The position numbers and the translations under genes were made by a program. Below the pieces are notes generated by a model that did not search any database, was not told the origin of the DNA, and worked only from the letters and a program-made list of their open reading frames with translations. From the NCBI GenBank assembly GCA_025963725.1, contig JAOQAE010000002.1, forward strand, positions 1,115,765 to 1,179,764: a DNA stretch of 64,000 bases. Reading direction: 5' to 3'. This document shows positions 24,981 through 34,813 of the stretch, piece after piece. How positions within the stretch are numbered: position 1 is the first letter of the stretch; each line of letters opens with the position of its first letter. This stretch comes from Bacteroidota bacterium. Lineage in GTDB: Bacteria > Bacteroidota > Bacteroidia > 2-12-FULL-35-15.

Positions 24981-26948
24981 TTATTTAACGGTCGACAGCA
25001 CTGCCTTATCGATGGTTACAGGATATTTTTTCTTCAGTGACTCCAGCCATTCCTTCTCGAGGAAGTTCTGGTAATCGGCTGTTACCATTCCTTTTGAATC
25101 CTGGTAGGATTTAGGCTCCGGCTTCATCAGCTTGTTCACTACCACGATCACCGTTTTACCGTCTTTATCCTTGATGTCGGCAGAAGTTCCCGGGTTCCAG
25201 TTCTTATCCACATACTCGTTCTCGCCTTTGCTGAACACCCTTGATTCTACCTGCAGGTTCAGCTGCGAATTTTTATTCACCTCCGCCAGGATCTCCTTCT
25301 CGGATTTTTTCTTTTTCATCAGCGCACGCACCTGCTTCGCGATCTTCTCATCGGCGCAGGTATACACAGATGCTTCTGCACGCTCATCCCACATGTAATT
25401 CATTTTGTTCTTTTCGTAGAATGCTTTGGAGCCTGCGGTATCCTTCACCGCTTTTGACCACACTTTCTCATCGGTGAGCTCAAACAGCAGGATGCCATCG
25501 CGGTATTCCTGCATCAGCGCCTTGAATTCAGGGTATTTCTGGTCGAGGCGCGCTTCCTCGTACGCGACAGCCATCTCATCCACAAACTGCTTGTAGAACT
25601 GGTTCACCACCATCGGGATGTCTGTTTTCGGGCGTTTGCTCTGGTGCGATTTGATATAGTTTGCGAAATCGGTTTGTGTATACACTTTGTCGTTGAAGTT
25701 GAACATCGGCTTGTTCATCTTTGCCGCTTTCACACCGTCCCAGCGGCCTTCGAATAATGTTGTATCCAGCACTTTGTAAAACTCATCGCGCATTTTCAGG
25801 TTTTCTTTGAATTTGTATTCGCTTTTCACTTTCGCGATCAGTGAAGACCTTCCTACCTGTGAGCGGGAATCCTTGCTTACTTTGCCTTTCAGCTCGTTCT
25901 TCATGTCCTCGAAAGAAGCCAGTCCGCGCTTATCCACGAGCCGGATCACATGCCAGCCATATTTTGTTTTCAATGGCGCGGAGTAATCACCTTTGTTGGC
26001 AAGGGCGAAAGATGCCTTTTCAAACTCCGCAGGCATTTTTCCGGTACCGAACCATGGCAGCTCGCCGCCTTTTTTTGCGGAAGCCTTATCGTCGGAGAAC
26101 TGCTGTGCAAGCTCGTCGAATTTAGCGCCTGCTTTTAATTTGTTATAGATCTCGGTGATCTTTGTATAAGCGTTCAATGAATCCTCATTGGTCATGTTCG
26201 GCGTGGTTTTCACCATGATGTGCCCTACCAGCACTTCGCCCTGCGCTTTTCTCCTGTCGATCACCTTAATGATGTGGTAGCCGTAACGGGTGCGCACGGG
26301 CATTGAGATGTCCCCTACCTTTGTATTGAATGCGGTGGATTCGAAAGGATATACCATTTGCAATGCAGTGAAGTAGCCAAGGTCGCCGCCATTCTCTTTT
26401 GCGGAAGGGTCGCCGTTTGCAGCGCTTTCACGTGCAACAGCAGCGAAATCCTCGCCTTTTAAAATGCGCTTGCGGTATTCCATGATCTTGTTATAAGCCA
26501 CCAGCGTATCTTTCGGCAGGGCGCTTTCACCCACTTTTACAAGGATGTGCGCGGCATGCACATCTTCCTTCATGCGGTTGTATGTTTCCAGCAATAATTT
26601 CTCATTTACATCCTTATCGGTAAGGTAAGGCTGTGCAAGCTGCTTGCGGTATCCCATCAATTCGTCCTTAAACGATTTTGCAGTATCGAGGCCCATTTCC
26701 TCGGCCTCTTTCACCTTCAGCTTAAAATTCACGAACAGGTCCACATAATCGTTCAGCGACTTGGCATCGCCGGTGGTTTCCTTGCTGTTGTTCTTATGAT
26801 AAACATTTTCAAATTCCCCGACAGTGACTTTGGTGTTGCCAACGGTCATTAGCACCGCATCCTTATTGGCTGTTTGTGCAAAGCCGGAGCTGATCGCAAG
26901 ACATACAAATGACAAGGCAACTGATCGTGTTAAAATGCTTCTGGACAT
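24981..26948 (-). CDS. PpiC-type peptidyl-prolyl isomerase with two parvulin domains (PpiD/SurA-like)
   Basis: Two rotamase domains, ending ...GGDLGYF...YGYHIIKV and ...GGELPWFG...YGWHVIRL. Signal peptide present. Confidence 0.85.
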   Translation of the reverse strand: MSRSILTRSVALSFVCLAISSGFAQTANKDAVLMTVGNTKVTVGEFENVYHKNNSKETTGDAKSLNDYVDLFVNFKLKVKEAEEMGLDTAKSFKDELMGYRKQLAQPYLTDKDVNEKLLLETYNRMKEDVHAAHILVKVGESALPKDTLVAYNKIMEYRKRILKGEDFAAVARESAANGDPSAKENGGDLGYFTALQMVYPFESTAFNTKVGDISMPVRTRYGYHIIKVIDRRKAQGEVLVGHIMVKTTPNMTNEDSLNAYTKITEIYNKLKAGAKFDELAQQFSDDKASAKKGGELPWFGTGKMPAEFEKASFALANKGDYSAPLKTKYGWHVIRLVDKRGLASFEDMKNELKGKVSKDSRSQVGRSSLIAKVKSEYKFKENLKMRDEFYKVLDTTLFEGRWDGVKAAKMNKPMFNFNDKVYTQTDFANYIKSHQSKRPKTDIPMVVNQFYKQFVDEMAVAYEEARLDQKYPEFKALMQEYRDGILLFELTDEKVWSKAVKDTAGSKAFYEKNKMNYMWDERAEASVYTCADEKIAKQVRALMKKKKSEKEILAEVNKNSQLNLQVESRVFSKGENEYVDKNWNPGTSADIKDKDGKTVIVVVNKLMKPEPKSYQDSKGMVTADYQNFLEKEWLESLKKKYPVTIDKAVLSTVK

Positions 26949-26974
26949 AGTGATTGTATTTTTATTTTGGGTAA

Positions 26975-26982
26975 CAAATGTA
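26975..26982 (-). promoter_or_regulatory. Putative -7 box TACATTTG (minus strand)
   Basis: TAnnTTTG match 26 nt upstream of the ATG at 26948. Confidence 0.4.
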
Positions 26983-27116
26983 GGTATTTAAACGATGTAT
27001 CAAAATAAAAGCGCCGCTAATCTTTCCGGGGGCTTTTGTTAATTTTTGTTAAGCATACAGGTTCCCGGCAACCAGATATGGAGAACAATAATTCTCTTCT
27101 GTTATCATCAATTTAC

Positions 27117-27124
27117 TATATTTG
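27117..27124 (+). promoter_or_regulatory. Putative -7 box TATATTTG
   Basis: TAnnTTTG match 27 nt upstream of the ATG at 27152. Confidence 0.4.
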
Positions 27125-27151
27125 AATGCTTTTAATCAAACAAATAAAAAC

Positions 27152-28399
27152 ATGAAAAAAAACTACTTTCTTTCTTCAGTGCTATGCCTGGGCCTGGCCC
27201 TTCATTGCATCGCTCAAACAGCATCATGGTCGCCCGTAACAAGCGGCACAACCAATAGCCTGCTCGGAATTTCTGCGCCAAGCGCCACAGTTTGCTATAC
27301 ATCCGGAGGGGCGGGAACTATCCTCAAATCTATAAACGGAGGCACCACATGGACTTCGCAGGTTAGCGGAGTGTCTGTTTCCTTATATGGCATTCACTTT
27401 ACCGATATAAATACGGGTTATGCTATCGGCGATAATGCAACTGCATTAAAAACAATCAACGGCGGGCTTACCTGGACGCAAATGACCGTTCCGGTTACTT
27501 CTTCCATCAGCTTCAGGTATGTATACTTTTACGATGCAAACACAGGTTATATTACCGGAGGCCCTGCAACAGGCACTGCTCCGGGCACTATTCTGAAAAC
27601 GACAAATGCGGGGAGCACCTGGACATCGCTGACCACTACAGGATCGTCTACCAACTCCATTTATTCTATTTACTTTACCTCTCCAACCGATGGGTATGCC
27701 ACCGATTACAGCGGAAAGATCATAAAAACCACAAATGGCGGCAGCTCATGGTCGTTGGTACCAAGCGGGACTACAACAAACCTGCAGACAGTTTATTTTA
27801 CAAGCGTAAACAATGGTGTGGTTACAGGCGATAACGGAACGATCCGTGCAACTTCCAATGCCGGTGCAAGCTGGTCGGGTGTAAGCAGCGGAACTACTAC
27901 GGACTACCTGACAGGATCCGATTTTTATGATGCCAGCAATGGTGTTGTAGTAGGCGGAAACATTTCGGCCAATACGGGGGTTATCCTTACCACCACTAAC
28001 GGAGGAAGCTCGTGGTCGTCATACAATCCGGGAACTTCCCGCCTTTTCAGGGTGGATTTTGTAAATGCGAACCTGGGATTTGCAGTAGGCCTGAACGGAA
28101 CTATCCTGCGGTATGCTTCAAACGTAGGAATTGCTGAACAAGCCGGAACATTACATACTTTCAATGCTTATCCGAACCCGTTCAGCACGTCATCCACAAT
28201 TGATTTCGGAACATTCCAGTTTTCGAAGGCTGCAACCGTTCAATTGTATGATGTTTCGGGGAAGCTCGTGAGAAGCATTGTGAGTGAACAGGAAAGCCGT
28301 GTTACTATTGAAAGAAGCGGCCTTGCAGCAGGTACATATATATACAAGGTGCTTGATGGCAATGATTACATCGGCTCAGGGAAACTGACAATTGAATAA
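27152..28399 (+). CDS. BNR/Ycf48-like beta-propeller protein with a type-A T9SS C-terminal domain (paralog of 44020-45234)
   Basis: Trimmed to the ATG at 27152 (MKKNYFLSSVLCLGLALHCIAQ). It has about seven (S/T)xNGGxxW blades. The C-terminus is YPNPFSTSSTI...GTYIYKV...GKLTIE. Confidence 0.8.
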   Translation: MKKNYFLSSVLCLGLALHCIAQTASWSPVTSGTTNSLLGISAPSATVCYTSGGAGTILKSINGGTTWTSQVSGVSVSLYGIHFTDINTGYAIGDNATALKTINGGLTWTQMTVPVTSSISFRYVYFYDANTGYITGGPATGTAPGTILKTTNAGSTWTSLTTTGSSTNSIYSIYFTSPTDGYATDYSGKIIKTTNGGSSWSLVPSGTTTNLQTVYFTSVNNGVVTGDNGTIRATSNAGASWSGVSSGTTTDYLTGSDFYDASNGVVVGGNISANTGVILTTTNGGSSWSSYNPGTSRLFRVDFVNANLGFAVGLNGTILRYASNVGIAEQAGTLHTFNAYPNPFSTSSTIDFGTFQFSKAATVQLYDVSGKLVRSIVSEQESRVTIERSGLAAGTYIYKVLDGNDYIGSGKLTIE

Positions 28400-28422
28400 T
28401 AATTCAACAAATACATAAAACG

Positions 28423-28457
28423 AAAAGCGGGCTGAATTTCAGCCCGCTTTTTTTTAC
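28423..28457. terminator. Bidirectional rho-independent terminator
   Basis: aaaagcgggctgaa-ttt-cagcccgctttt with T-runs on both strands, between the converging 27152 gene and guaB. Confidence 0.85.
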
Positions 28458-28474
28458 ATCCTTACCTGTAATTC

Positions 28475-29941
28475 TTATCTGCTATAGTTAGGCGCTTCAC
28501 GCGTGATGGAAACGCCATGCGGATGGCTTTCGCGGATACCTGCATTGGTGATGCGGATGAACTTCGCTTTCTGAAGCGCTTCCATATTCTTAGCACCGCA
28601 GTAACCCATCCCGGCGCGCAAACCTCCTGCAAACTGGTACAATACCTCGGCCAGGCTTCCTTTGAAAGGAACACGCCCGGAGATGCCTTCGGGCACCAGC
28701 TTTTTAATATCGTCTTCCGCGTCCTGGAAATAACGGTCTTTCGAGCCTTTCTGCATAGCTTCGATAGAGCCCATTCCGCGGTATGACTTAAACTTACGTC
28801 CTTCGAAAATGATCGTTTCGCCCGGTGACTCTTCCACACCTGCAAACATGGAGCCCATCATTACCGAGCTTGCCCCTGCTGCCAGCGCTTTTACAATATC
28901 GCCTGTGAAACGGATCCCGCCATCAGCGATCACCGGAACACCTTTGCCTTTGAGCGCCTGCGCCACTTCCATTACGGCAGTGAGCTGAGGTACCCCGACA
29001 CCTGCAATTACACGGGTGGTACAGATAGAGCCGGGGCCGATGCCCACCTTCACCGCGTCCGCACCTGCTTTTGCAAGCGCCAATGCAGCTTCCGCCGTAG
29101 CTATATTTCCAACCACCACCTGCAGCTCGGGGTAGCCTTTCTTTACCTTTTTCAGCGCCTCGATCACTCCTTTGGAATGCCCGTGCGCCGTATCAATGAT
29201 CACCGCATCCACTCCAGCCCTTGCAAGCGCATCCACGCGCTCCATAACGTCGGCTGTTACGCCTACCGCAGCTGCCACACGCAATCTTCCCAATGAATCC
29301 TTGTTGGCATTCGGGTGCACTTTCACTTTAATAATATCGCGGTAGGTAATGAGCCCGACCAGCTTGTTGTTGCGGTCCACCACCGGTAATTTTTCGATTT
29401 TATGGTTCTGAAGGATCTGCTCTGCTTTCTTAAGGTCGGTGCCCACTTTAGCCACCACCACGTTCTTGCTCGTCATTACTTCCTTTACGGGGCGCTTCAC
29501 GTTCTTCTCGAAACGAAGATCGCGGTTGGTAACGATCCCGATCAGCTCACGGTTTGCGTTCACCACGGGGATCCCGCCGATCTTGTTCTCCTTCATGAGG
29601 CTGAGCGCATCTGAAACCAGCGCGCTTTCCAGCAATGTTACAGGGTCCATGATCATCCCGCTTTCGGAGCGCTTTACACGCCGCACATGCTCGGCCTGAT
29701 CGGCAATGCTCATGTTCTTGTGAAGCACACCGATGCCGCCTTCCTGCGCAATGGCAATGGCCAGCTGGTATTCGGTAACCGTATCCATGGCTGCGGAAAC
29801 CACAGGCATGTTCAGCTTTATTTTTTTCGTAAAATAGGAAGAGGTATCTACTTCGCGCGGAAGCACTTCGGAATAAGCAGGTACTAAAAGTACATCATCG
29901 TAGGTTAATCCTTCACCTACAAATTTGCTTGAATCTAACAT
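28475..29941 (-). CDS. guaB: IMP dehydrogenase
   Basis: [15 protein letters not shown]-terminus, a tandem CBS insert, the [11 protein letters not shown] catalytic loop, and GGIRFTGD. Confidence 0.95.
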   Translation of the reverse strand: MLDSSKFVGEGLTYDDVLLVPAYSEVLPREVDTSSYFTKKIKLNMPVVSAAMDTVTEYQLAIAIAQEGGIGVLHKNMSIADQAEHVRRVKRSESGMIMDPVTLLESALVSDALSLMKENKIGGIPVVNANRELIGIVTNRDLRFEKNVKRPVKEVMTSKNVVVAKVGTDLKKAEQILQNHKIEKLPVVDRNNKLVGLITYRDIIKVKVHPNANKDSLGRLRVAAAVGVTADVMERVDALARAGVDAVIIDTAHGHSKGVIEALKKVKKGYPELQVVVGNIATAEAALALAKAGADAVKVGIGPGSICTTRVIAGVGVPQLTAVMEVAQALKGKGVPVIADGGIRFTGDIVKALAAGASSVMMGSMFAGVEESPGETIIFEGRKFKSYRGMGSIEAMQKGSKDRYFQDAEDDIKKLVPEGISGRVPFKGSLAEVLYQFAGGLRAGMGYCGAKNMEALQKAKFIRITNAGIRESHPHGVSITREAPNYSR

Positions 29942-29983
29942 AGAGAACAGGGTTTGAACTTTAATTATTGGCTAAAATTCCCG

Positions 29984-29991
29984 CAAAGATA
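29984..29991 (-). promoter_or_regulatory. Putative -7 box TATCTTTG (minus strand) for guaB
   Basis: TAnnTTTG match about 42 nt upstream of the ATG at 29941. Confidence 0.35.
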
Positions 29992-30062
29992 CATTATTTT
30001 TTGATTGAAAGGCAATTCGGGCACATGCCCTGTTAAGCATAGGCAAAAACTATTATTTTATT

Positions 30063-30070
30063 TACATTTG
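30063..30070 (+). promoter_or_regulatory. Putative -7 box TACATTTG at the head of the nonulosonate cluster
   Basis: TAnnTTTG match 8 nt upstream of the ATG at 30079. Confidence 0.4.
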
Positions 30071-30078
30071 CTTCAATT

Positions 30079-30951
30079 ATGGATCTGAAGAATACATTCG
30101 AGGCACTTGTTCATTTTGTAAAACAATGTTTCAACACGTCTGTTTCACTTGGAAAAATTGTTGTGCGCCTTGGCCATGTCGCTTCATTGCCAAAGGCCGG
30201 TGAATCATCCTGTATTGTTTTAGGCAACGGCCCCTCTTTAAGCCAATCTTTTTCCGACCACCCCGACTTCTTCAAAAAGCATCCGCTGGTGTGTGTGAAC
30301 AGCTTTTCGTTCTCGGAAAAGTATACTGAGCTGAAGCCTTCTTATTATGTAATGCTCGATCCCGGCTTTTGGCTGAATGACGGAGAACTCGTAAGAAGCA
30401 CGATGGAGAGCATTAAGAACAAGACCTCCTGGCCGCTGGAGCTGTTTGCCCCTGTCCAGGCAAAAGGATCCACATTCCTTAAAATGCTGAAGGACGAAAA
30501 CCCGAACATACGTGTGACCTTCTTTAATTATACGGTATTCAGGGGCTTTAAGGGGCTGTCGCATTTGTTTTACAAAAAGAACATGGCCATGCCCCAATGC
30601 CAGAATGTAGTGGCGGCTTCCCTGTTTCTGACAATAAACATGGGATTCAGGAACGTTTACCTGTTTGGCGCAGATCACACCTGGCATCAAAACCTGCATG
30701 TGGACGAAGAGAATACGGTTTGCGTGAAGCAGATCCATTTTTATGAGAACACCGAGAAAATAAACTATGTTCCTTTTTACAAAGGCCTGCATTTAAAAGA
30801 AGTGTTCAGGATGGATGAGCTCTTTATGATCTTCGGAAAGACATTCTACAGCTATATGGCGATAAATGAGTATGCCTTATCGAGAAGCTGCACCATTTAC
30901 AATGCCAGCGCTATTTCCTATATTGATGCATTTAAAAGAATCAGGCTATAA
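30079..30951 (+). CDS. GNGPSL-motif Rossmann-like protein (DUF115/Maf-like or CstII/GT42-like), candidate nonulosonate transferase
   Basis: CIVLGNGPSLSQ ... VCVNSFSFSEKYTELKPSYYVMLDP ... FLTINMGFRNVYLFGADH parallels the AGNGPSL ... CNQFYFEDKYYLGKK ... GYKEIYLSGIDF layout that I recall for Campylobacter CstII and for DUF115 proteins. Confidence 0.45.
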   Translation: MDLKNTFEALVHFVKQCFNTSVSLGKIVVRLGHVASLPKAGESSCIVLGNGPSLSQSFSDHPDFFKKHPLVCVNSFSFSEKYTELKPSYYVMLDPGFWLNDGELVRSTMESIKNKTSWPLELFAPVQAKGSTFLKMLKDENPNIRVTFFNYTVFRGFKGLSHLFYKKNMAMPQCQNVVAASLFLTINMGFRNVYLFGADHTWHQNLHVDEENTVCVKQIHFYENTEKINYVPFYKGLHLKEVFRMDELFMIFGKTFYSYMAINEYALSRSCTIYNASAISYIDAFKRIRL

Positions 30952-30954
30952 GAT

Positions 30955-31635
30955 ATGGGCGCACTACTATCATCTCCCTTTACATACTGGCTGCGGTGGC
31001 TGTTCACAAAGTGGCGGCTCGAGCTGAAATACCGAAAGCAGCATTTACAGCTTGAGTACATGGTTGAAGTTCAAAACTGCAGGTTCGGCAATTATAATAA
31101 GATCTACAAGTACAGCAGGCTGCGCAATTCCGAATTCGGCGATTTCAGTTATGCTGCAAGGAACTGCCAGGTCTACAATACAAAGATCGGCAAGTTCACC
31201 TGTATTGGGCCCAATGTGAATACAGGAATGGGGGCACATCCCTCGGCAGAATTTGTATCGAGCCATCCGCTGTTCTATTCTACGCTGGGACAATCATCGG
31301 GGCTTGTGATTATTGACAGCAACCTGTTTGATGAATTCCCTGAAACACAGATCGGCAATGATGTGTGGATCGGCAATAATGTAACGGTGCGGTACGGCGT
31401 AAAGATCGGGGATGGAGCTATCATAGGCTCGGGAGCAGTTGTAACAAAGGACGTGGAGCCTTACAGCATTGTGGGCGGAGTGCCTGCCAAAACGATCAAA
31501 TACAGGTTCACGCCCGAACAGATCGATTTCCTTCAGCAATTCAAATGGTGGGATAAGGATCTTGACTGGATAAAAGCCAACAAGGACCTTTTCCGGAACA
31601 TCGAAAAATTCATGGCGGAGAACACAAAGGAATAG
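30955..31635 (+). CDS. Left-handed beta-helix (hexapeptide repeat) acetyltransferase, xenobiotic/CatB-like
   Basis: IGNDVWIGNNVTVRYGVKIGDGAIIGSGAVVTKDVEPYSIVGGVPAKTIKYRF. Confidence 0.8.
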   Translation: MGALLSSPFTYWLRWLFTKWRLELKYRKQHLQLEYMVEVQNCRFGNYNKIYKYSRLRNSEFGDFSYAARNCQVYNTKIGKFTCIGPNVNTGMGAHPSAEFVSSHPLFYSTLGQSSGLVIIDSNLFDEFPETQIGNDVWIGNNVTVRYGVKIGDGAIIGSGAVVTKDVEPYSIVGGVPAKTIKYRFTPEQIDFLQQFKWWDKDLDWIKANKDLFRNIEKFMAENTKE

Positions 31636-31691
31636 TAATTCCCGGCCTTACTATCATGCCCTAAAACTTTGGTATTTCGATAAACTCTGCT

Positions 31692-31699
31692 TATTTTTG
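31692..31699 (+). promoter_or_regulatory. Putative internal -7 box TATTTTTG
   Basis: TAnnTTTG match in the 87-bp gap upstream of pseB. Confidence 0.35.
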
Positions 31700-31722
31700 C
31701 CCATATTATAACCCAGAAAAAA

Positions 31723-32739
31723 ATGTTGGATCTAAACGGCAAATCAATCTTAATTACAGGTGGAACAGGCTCACTCGGAAAACATCTTACAAAGAATATC
31801 CTCGCCCAGTTTCCCAGCGTAAAACGTTTGGTTATTTTTTCGCGGGATGAGCAAAAGCAATTTGAGATGGCCCAGGAATACCCGGTATCCAAATATCCGG
31901 CGATCAGGTATTTTATAGGGGATGTTCGCGATTTCGACCGTTTAAAAAAAGCATTCAAGGACATTGAGATCATTATACATGCGGCAGCAATGAAGCATGT
32001 GCCCATTGCAGAGTATAACCCGATGGAATGTGTGAAGACCAATGTGCTCGGGGCTGAAAATGTGATCAATGCAGCATTCGATTGCGGGGTAAAAAAGGTG
32101 GTGGCGCTTTCCACAGATAAGGCTGCCGCGCCGATAAACCTTTATGGAGCCACCAAGCTATGCTCCGACAAGCTGTTTGTTGCCGCCAATAATATCAAAG
32201 GCCACCAGAACATTATTTTTTCAGTGGTGCGCTACGGAAATGTGATGGGCTCGAATGGATCGGTTATTCCTTTTTTCATGAAAAAGAAAAAAGAAGGCGT
32301 TCTCCCGATCACAGACCCGAACATGACCCGCTTTAATATTTCCCTGCAGGGCGGCGTGGATATGGTGCTGCATGCAATCGATACGGCATGGGGCGGAGAA
32401 ATATTCGTTCCGAAGATCCCTTCCTACAAGATCACCGATGTTGCGGAAGCGATAGCTCCCGGATGCAGGCAGGAAATTATCGGGATCCGCCCGGGAGAAA
32501 AGCTTCATGAAGAAATGATCACCTCCTCCGATTCTTTTTCCACTTACGATCTTGGAAAATATTATGCTATTCTGCCGCAGGTGCCTGCTTTTAAAACAGA
32601 GGACTACATCCGTCATTTTAATGCAAAGCCTGTTGCCCAGGGATTCCAGTATAATTCAGGGGAAAATAAAGAATGGGTAAGCGTTGAAGAAATGCGCTCA
32701 CTTATAAAAGAACATGTGAATCCTGATTTTTCCATTTAA
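31723..32739 (+). CDS. pseB: UDP-N-acetylglucosamine 4,6-dehydratase (inverting), PseB/FlaA1
   Basis: ILITGGTGSLGK, SRDEQKQFEM, FIGDVRD, HAAAMKHVPIAEYNPMECVKTN, STDKAAAPINLYGATKLCSDKLF, RYGNVMGSNGSVIPFF and IGIRPGEKLHEEMI closely follow H. pylori FlaA1 as I recall it. Confidence 0.9.
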   Translation: MLDLNGKSILITGGTGSLGKHLTKNILAQFPSVKRLVIFSRDEQKQFEMAQEYPVSKYPAIRYFIGDVRDFDRLKKAFKDIEIIIHAAAMKHVPIAEYNPMECVKTNVLGAENVINAAFDCGVKKVVALSTDKAAAPINLYGATKLCSDKLFVAANNIKGHQNIIFSVVRYGNVMGSNGSVIPFFMKKKKEGVLPITDPNMTRFNISLQGGVDMVLHAIDTAWGGEIFVPKIPSYKITDVAEAIAPGCRQEIIGIRPGEKLHEEMITSSDSFSTYDLGKYYAILPQVPAFKTEDYIRHFNAKPVAQGFQYNSGENKEWVSVEEMRSLIKEHVNPDFSI

Positions 32740-32744
32740 ATCCG

Positions 32745-33935
32745 ATGATGGTGAAAGCAGAAACAACCGAAAAAAAAATAATTCCTTATGGCCGCCAGGC
32801 TATAACAGACGCAGATATTGAGGCTGTGGTTTCCACGCTGCGTTCCGATTATCTTACCCAGGGCCCGGCCATACCGGAATTTGAAAAGAAGTTTGCTGGA
32901 TACGTGGGGGCGGAATATGCGGTTGCCTTATCCAATGGAACCGCGGCGCTGCACTTATGTGCGATGGCGCTGAATGTAAAACCCGGCTCGAGAGTGATCA
33001 CCACTCCCATTACCTTTGCCGCTTCTGCAAATTGCGTAAGGTATTGCGGCGGCGAAGTGCATTTTGCCGATATCGATCCGGATACATTCCTGCTCGATAT
33101 TTCTAAAGTAAAAGCCCTGCTCGAAAAGCATCCTGCAGGATACTTCCAGGGGATCATCCCCGTTGATTTTGCCGGCAATGCCGTTAATCTTGAAGCATTC
33201 CGCAAGCTTGCCGATGAGCACGGGCTCTGGATCATTGAAGATGCCTGCCATGCACCGGGAGGATATTTTACCGACAGCAAACAGGCAAAACAAAAATGCG
33301 GGAACGGCCGCTTTGCAGACCTTGCCATTTTTTCATTTCATCCTGTAAAGCATATTGCAACCGGCGAAGGCGGAATGATCACCACCAATAATAAAGCATT
33401 GTACGAAAAGCTTTTGCTGCTGCGCACCCACGGGATTACCAAAGATCCGTCAATGTATGAGAATTCGGAGGCTGATGTTGCGCAGGGCCCCTGGTATTAT
33501 GAAATGCAGGAGCTGGGATACAATTACCGCTTAACGGATTTCCAGGCGGCCCTGGGAACTTCACAGATGGAACGTGCAGATGAAAACCTGGAGCGAAGAA
33601 AACTGATCGCAAAAAAGTACGACAACACATTTTCAAATACCTCTTTTATAAAGCCATTGCCTGCGGAAGGACATGCCTACCATTTGTATGTGATCCAGGC
33701 TGCCGACAGATTGGGCCTGTATAACCACCTGAGGGCAAATAATATTTTTGCGCAGGTGCATTATGTGCCTGTTCACTTAATGCCTTACTATAAGCAATCC
33801 GGATTTAAAAAAGGTGATTTCCCCCATGCAGAATCGTATTACGACAAATGCCTCAGCATCCCAATGTACCACTCATTGCAGGAAGCCGACCAGCAACGTG
33901 TAATAGATACGATCCTGGATTTCGAAAAACATTGA
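32745..33935 (+). CDS. pseC: UDP-4-amino-4,6-dideoxy-N-acetyl-beta-L-altrosamine transaminase, PseC (DegT/DnrJ family)
   Basis: IPYGRQAITDADIEAV...YLTQGP N-terminus and the SFHPVKHIATGEGG PLP-lysine motif. It is adjacent to pseB. Confidence 0.85.
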   Translation: MMVKAETTEKKIIPYGRQAITDADIEAVVSTLRSDYLTQGPAIPEFEKKFAGYVGAEYAVALSNGTAALHLCAMALNVKPGSRVITTPITFAASANCVRYCGGEVHFADIDPDTFLLDISKVKALLEKHPAGYFQGIIPVDFAGNAVNLEAFRKLADEHGLWIIEDACHAPGGYFTDSKQAKQKCGNGRFADLAIFSFHPVKHIATGEGGMITTNNKALYEKLLLLRTHGITKDPSMYENSEADVAQGPWYYEMQELGYNYRLTDFQAALGTSQMERADENLERRKLIAKKYDNTFSNTSFIKPLPAEGHAYHLYVIQAADRLGLYNHLRANNIFAQVHYVPVHLMPYYKQSGFKKGDFPHAESYYDKCLSIPMYHSLQEADQQRVIDTILDFEKH

Positions 33936-33966
33936 AACGCAGTAATAAACTTTTTAATTTACCCAC

Positions 33967-34809
33967 ATGAACTTTAATTTCAAACCTGATAAGGAAGCCT
34001 TTGAAAAGGATGGTTACCTCCTGATCAAAAATGTGTTCTCAAAAGAGGAGATCGAACAGATCAGAAAGGATGCCTATACATCATTTGAGGAAGATAAAAA
34101 GAAGAACCTTACGTTCAGGCATGCGTCTAAAATGTCGAATGCCGTGTATGCAAAGGGCGATATCCTGAGCAAAGATCACCTGAGACATGTTCTTTTAGAT
34201 GAGCGGATCCTTTATCTTGTAAAAACCCTCTTGGGAAATAACCCTGTATACTGGGGCGATAGTAATTATCACTTTGGCACCGGCTTCCGCGGCTTTCACC
34301 GCGATAATATTGACCGTACCGATATGACCGCGCCCGATTGGGACGGCGATTACCCGATCGTACGGCTGGCGATCTATTTACAGGACCATAAAAACTATAG
34401 CGGCGGCTTAAAGGTTCGCGTTGGCTCTCATAAGAACCCCAGCGGAAAACCGGTGTTTATCGATAGCGAGGAAGGCGATGTTGCCATCTGGAATTTAAGG
34501 ACCATGCACAGCGGCAATGCCGTAAGACTTAAATTCTTTAAAAACCTTTCGATCAATAAAGCACGCAGGGAAGGCTGGATCCCGGCCTTTATGAAGAAAG
34601 ACCAGCAAAGGGAACGTGCAACCTTATTTATGACCTTCGGGCTTAAATCAAAACATCTCGACAGATACATTGAAAAGCACATGCTCGGAAGGGAAGATGT
34701 CCTGGGCTATCTGAAAGCTTCACGCTTTGACCCTAAGGTATTGGACCTTGCAAAGGAAAAAAATCTTGAGGTGCTTAAGCTTATTCCCGAATACGGATCA
34801 TTAGAATAA
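33967..34809 (+). CDS. Phytanoyl-CoA dioxygenase (PhyH) family Fe(II)/2-oxoglutarate dioxygenase
   Basis: FEKDGYLLIKNVFSKEEIEQIRKD N-terminus, a GFHRDN HxD motif, and a distal TMHSG His. Confidence 0.7.
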   Translation: MNFNFKPDKEAFEKDGYLLIKNVFSKEEIEQIRKDAYTSFEEDKKKNLTFRHASKMSNAVYAKGDILSKDHLRHVLLDERILYLVKTLLGNNPVYWGDSNYHFGTGFRGFHRDNIDRTDMTAPDWDGDYPIVRLAIYLQDHKNYSGGLKVRVGSHKNPSGKPVFIDSEEGDVAIWNLRTMHSGNAVRLKFFKNLSINKARREGWIPAFMKKDQQRERATLFMTFGLKSKHLDRYIEKHMLGREDVLGYLKASRFDPKVLDLAKEKNLEVLKLIPEYGSLE

Positions 34810-34813
34810 AGAG

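Noticed and set aside
20676-26948. MoxR - OmpA - SurA - lipoprotein - PpiD block, considered as a possible novel system.
   Set aside because: All are ordinary envelope-biogenesis or chaperone genes. To my recollection this arrangement is commonly conserved in Bacteroidota. No unusual domain or motif was seen.
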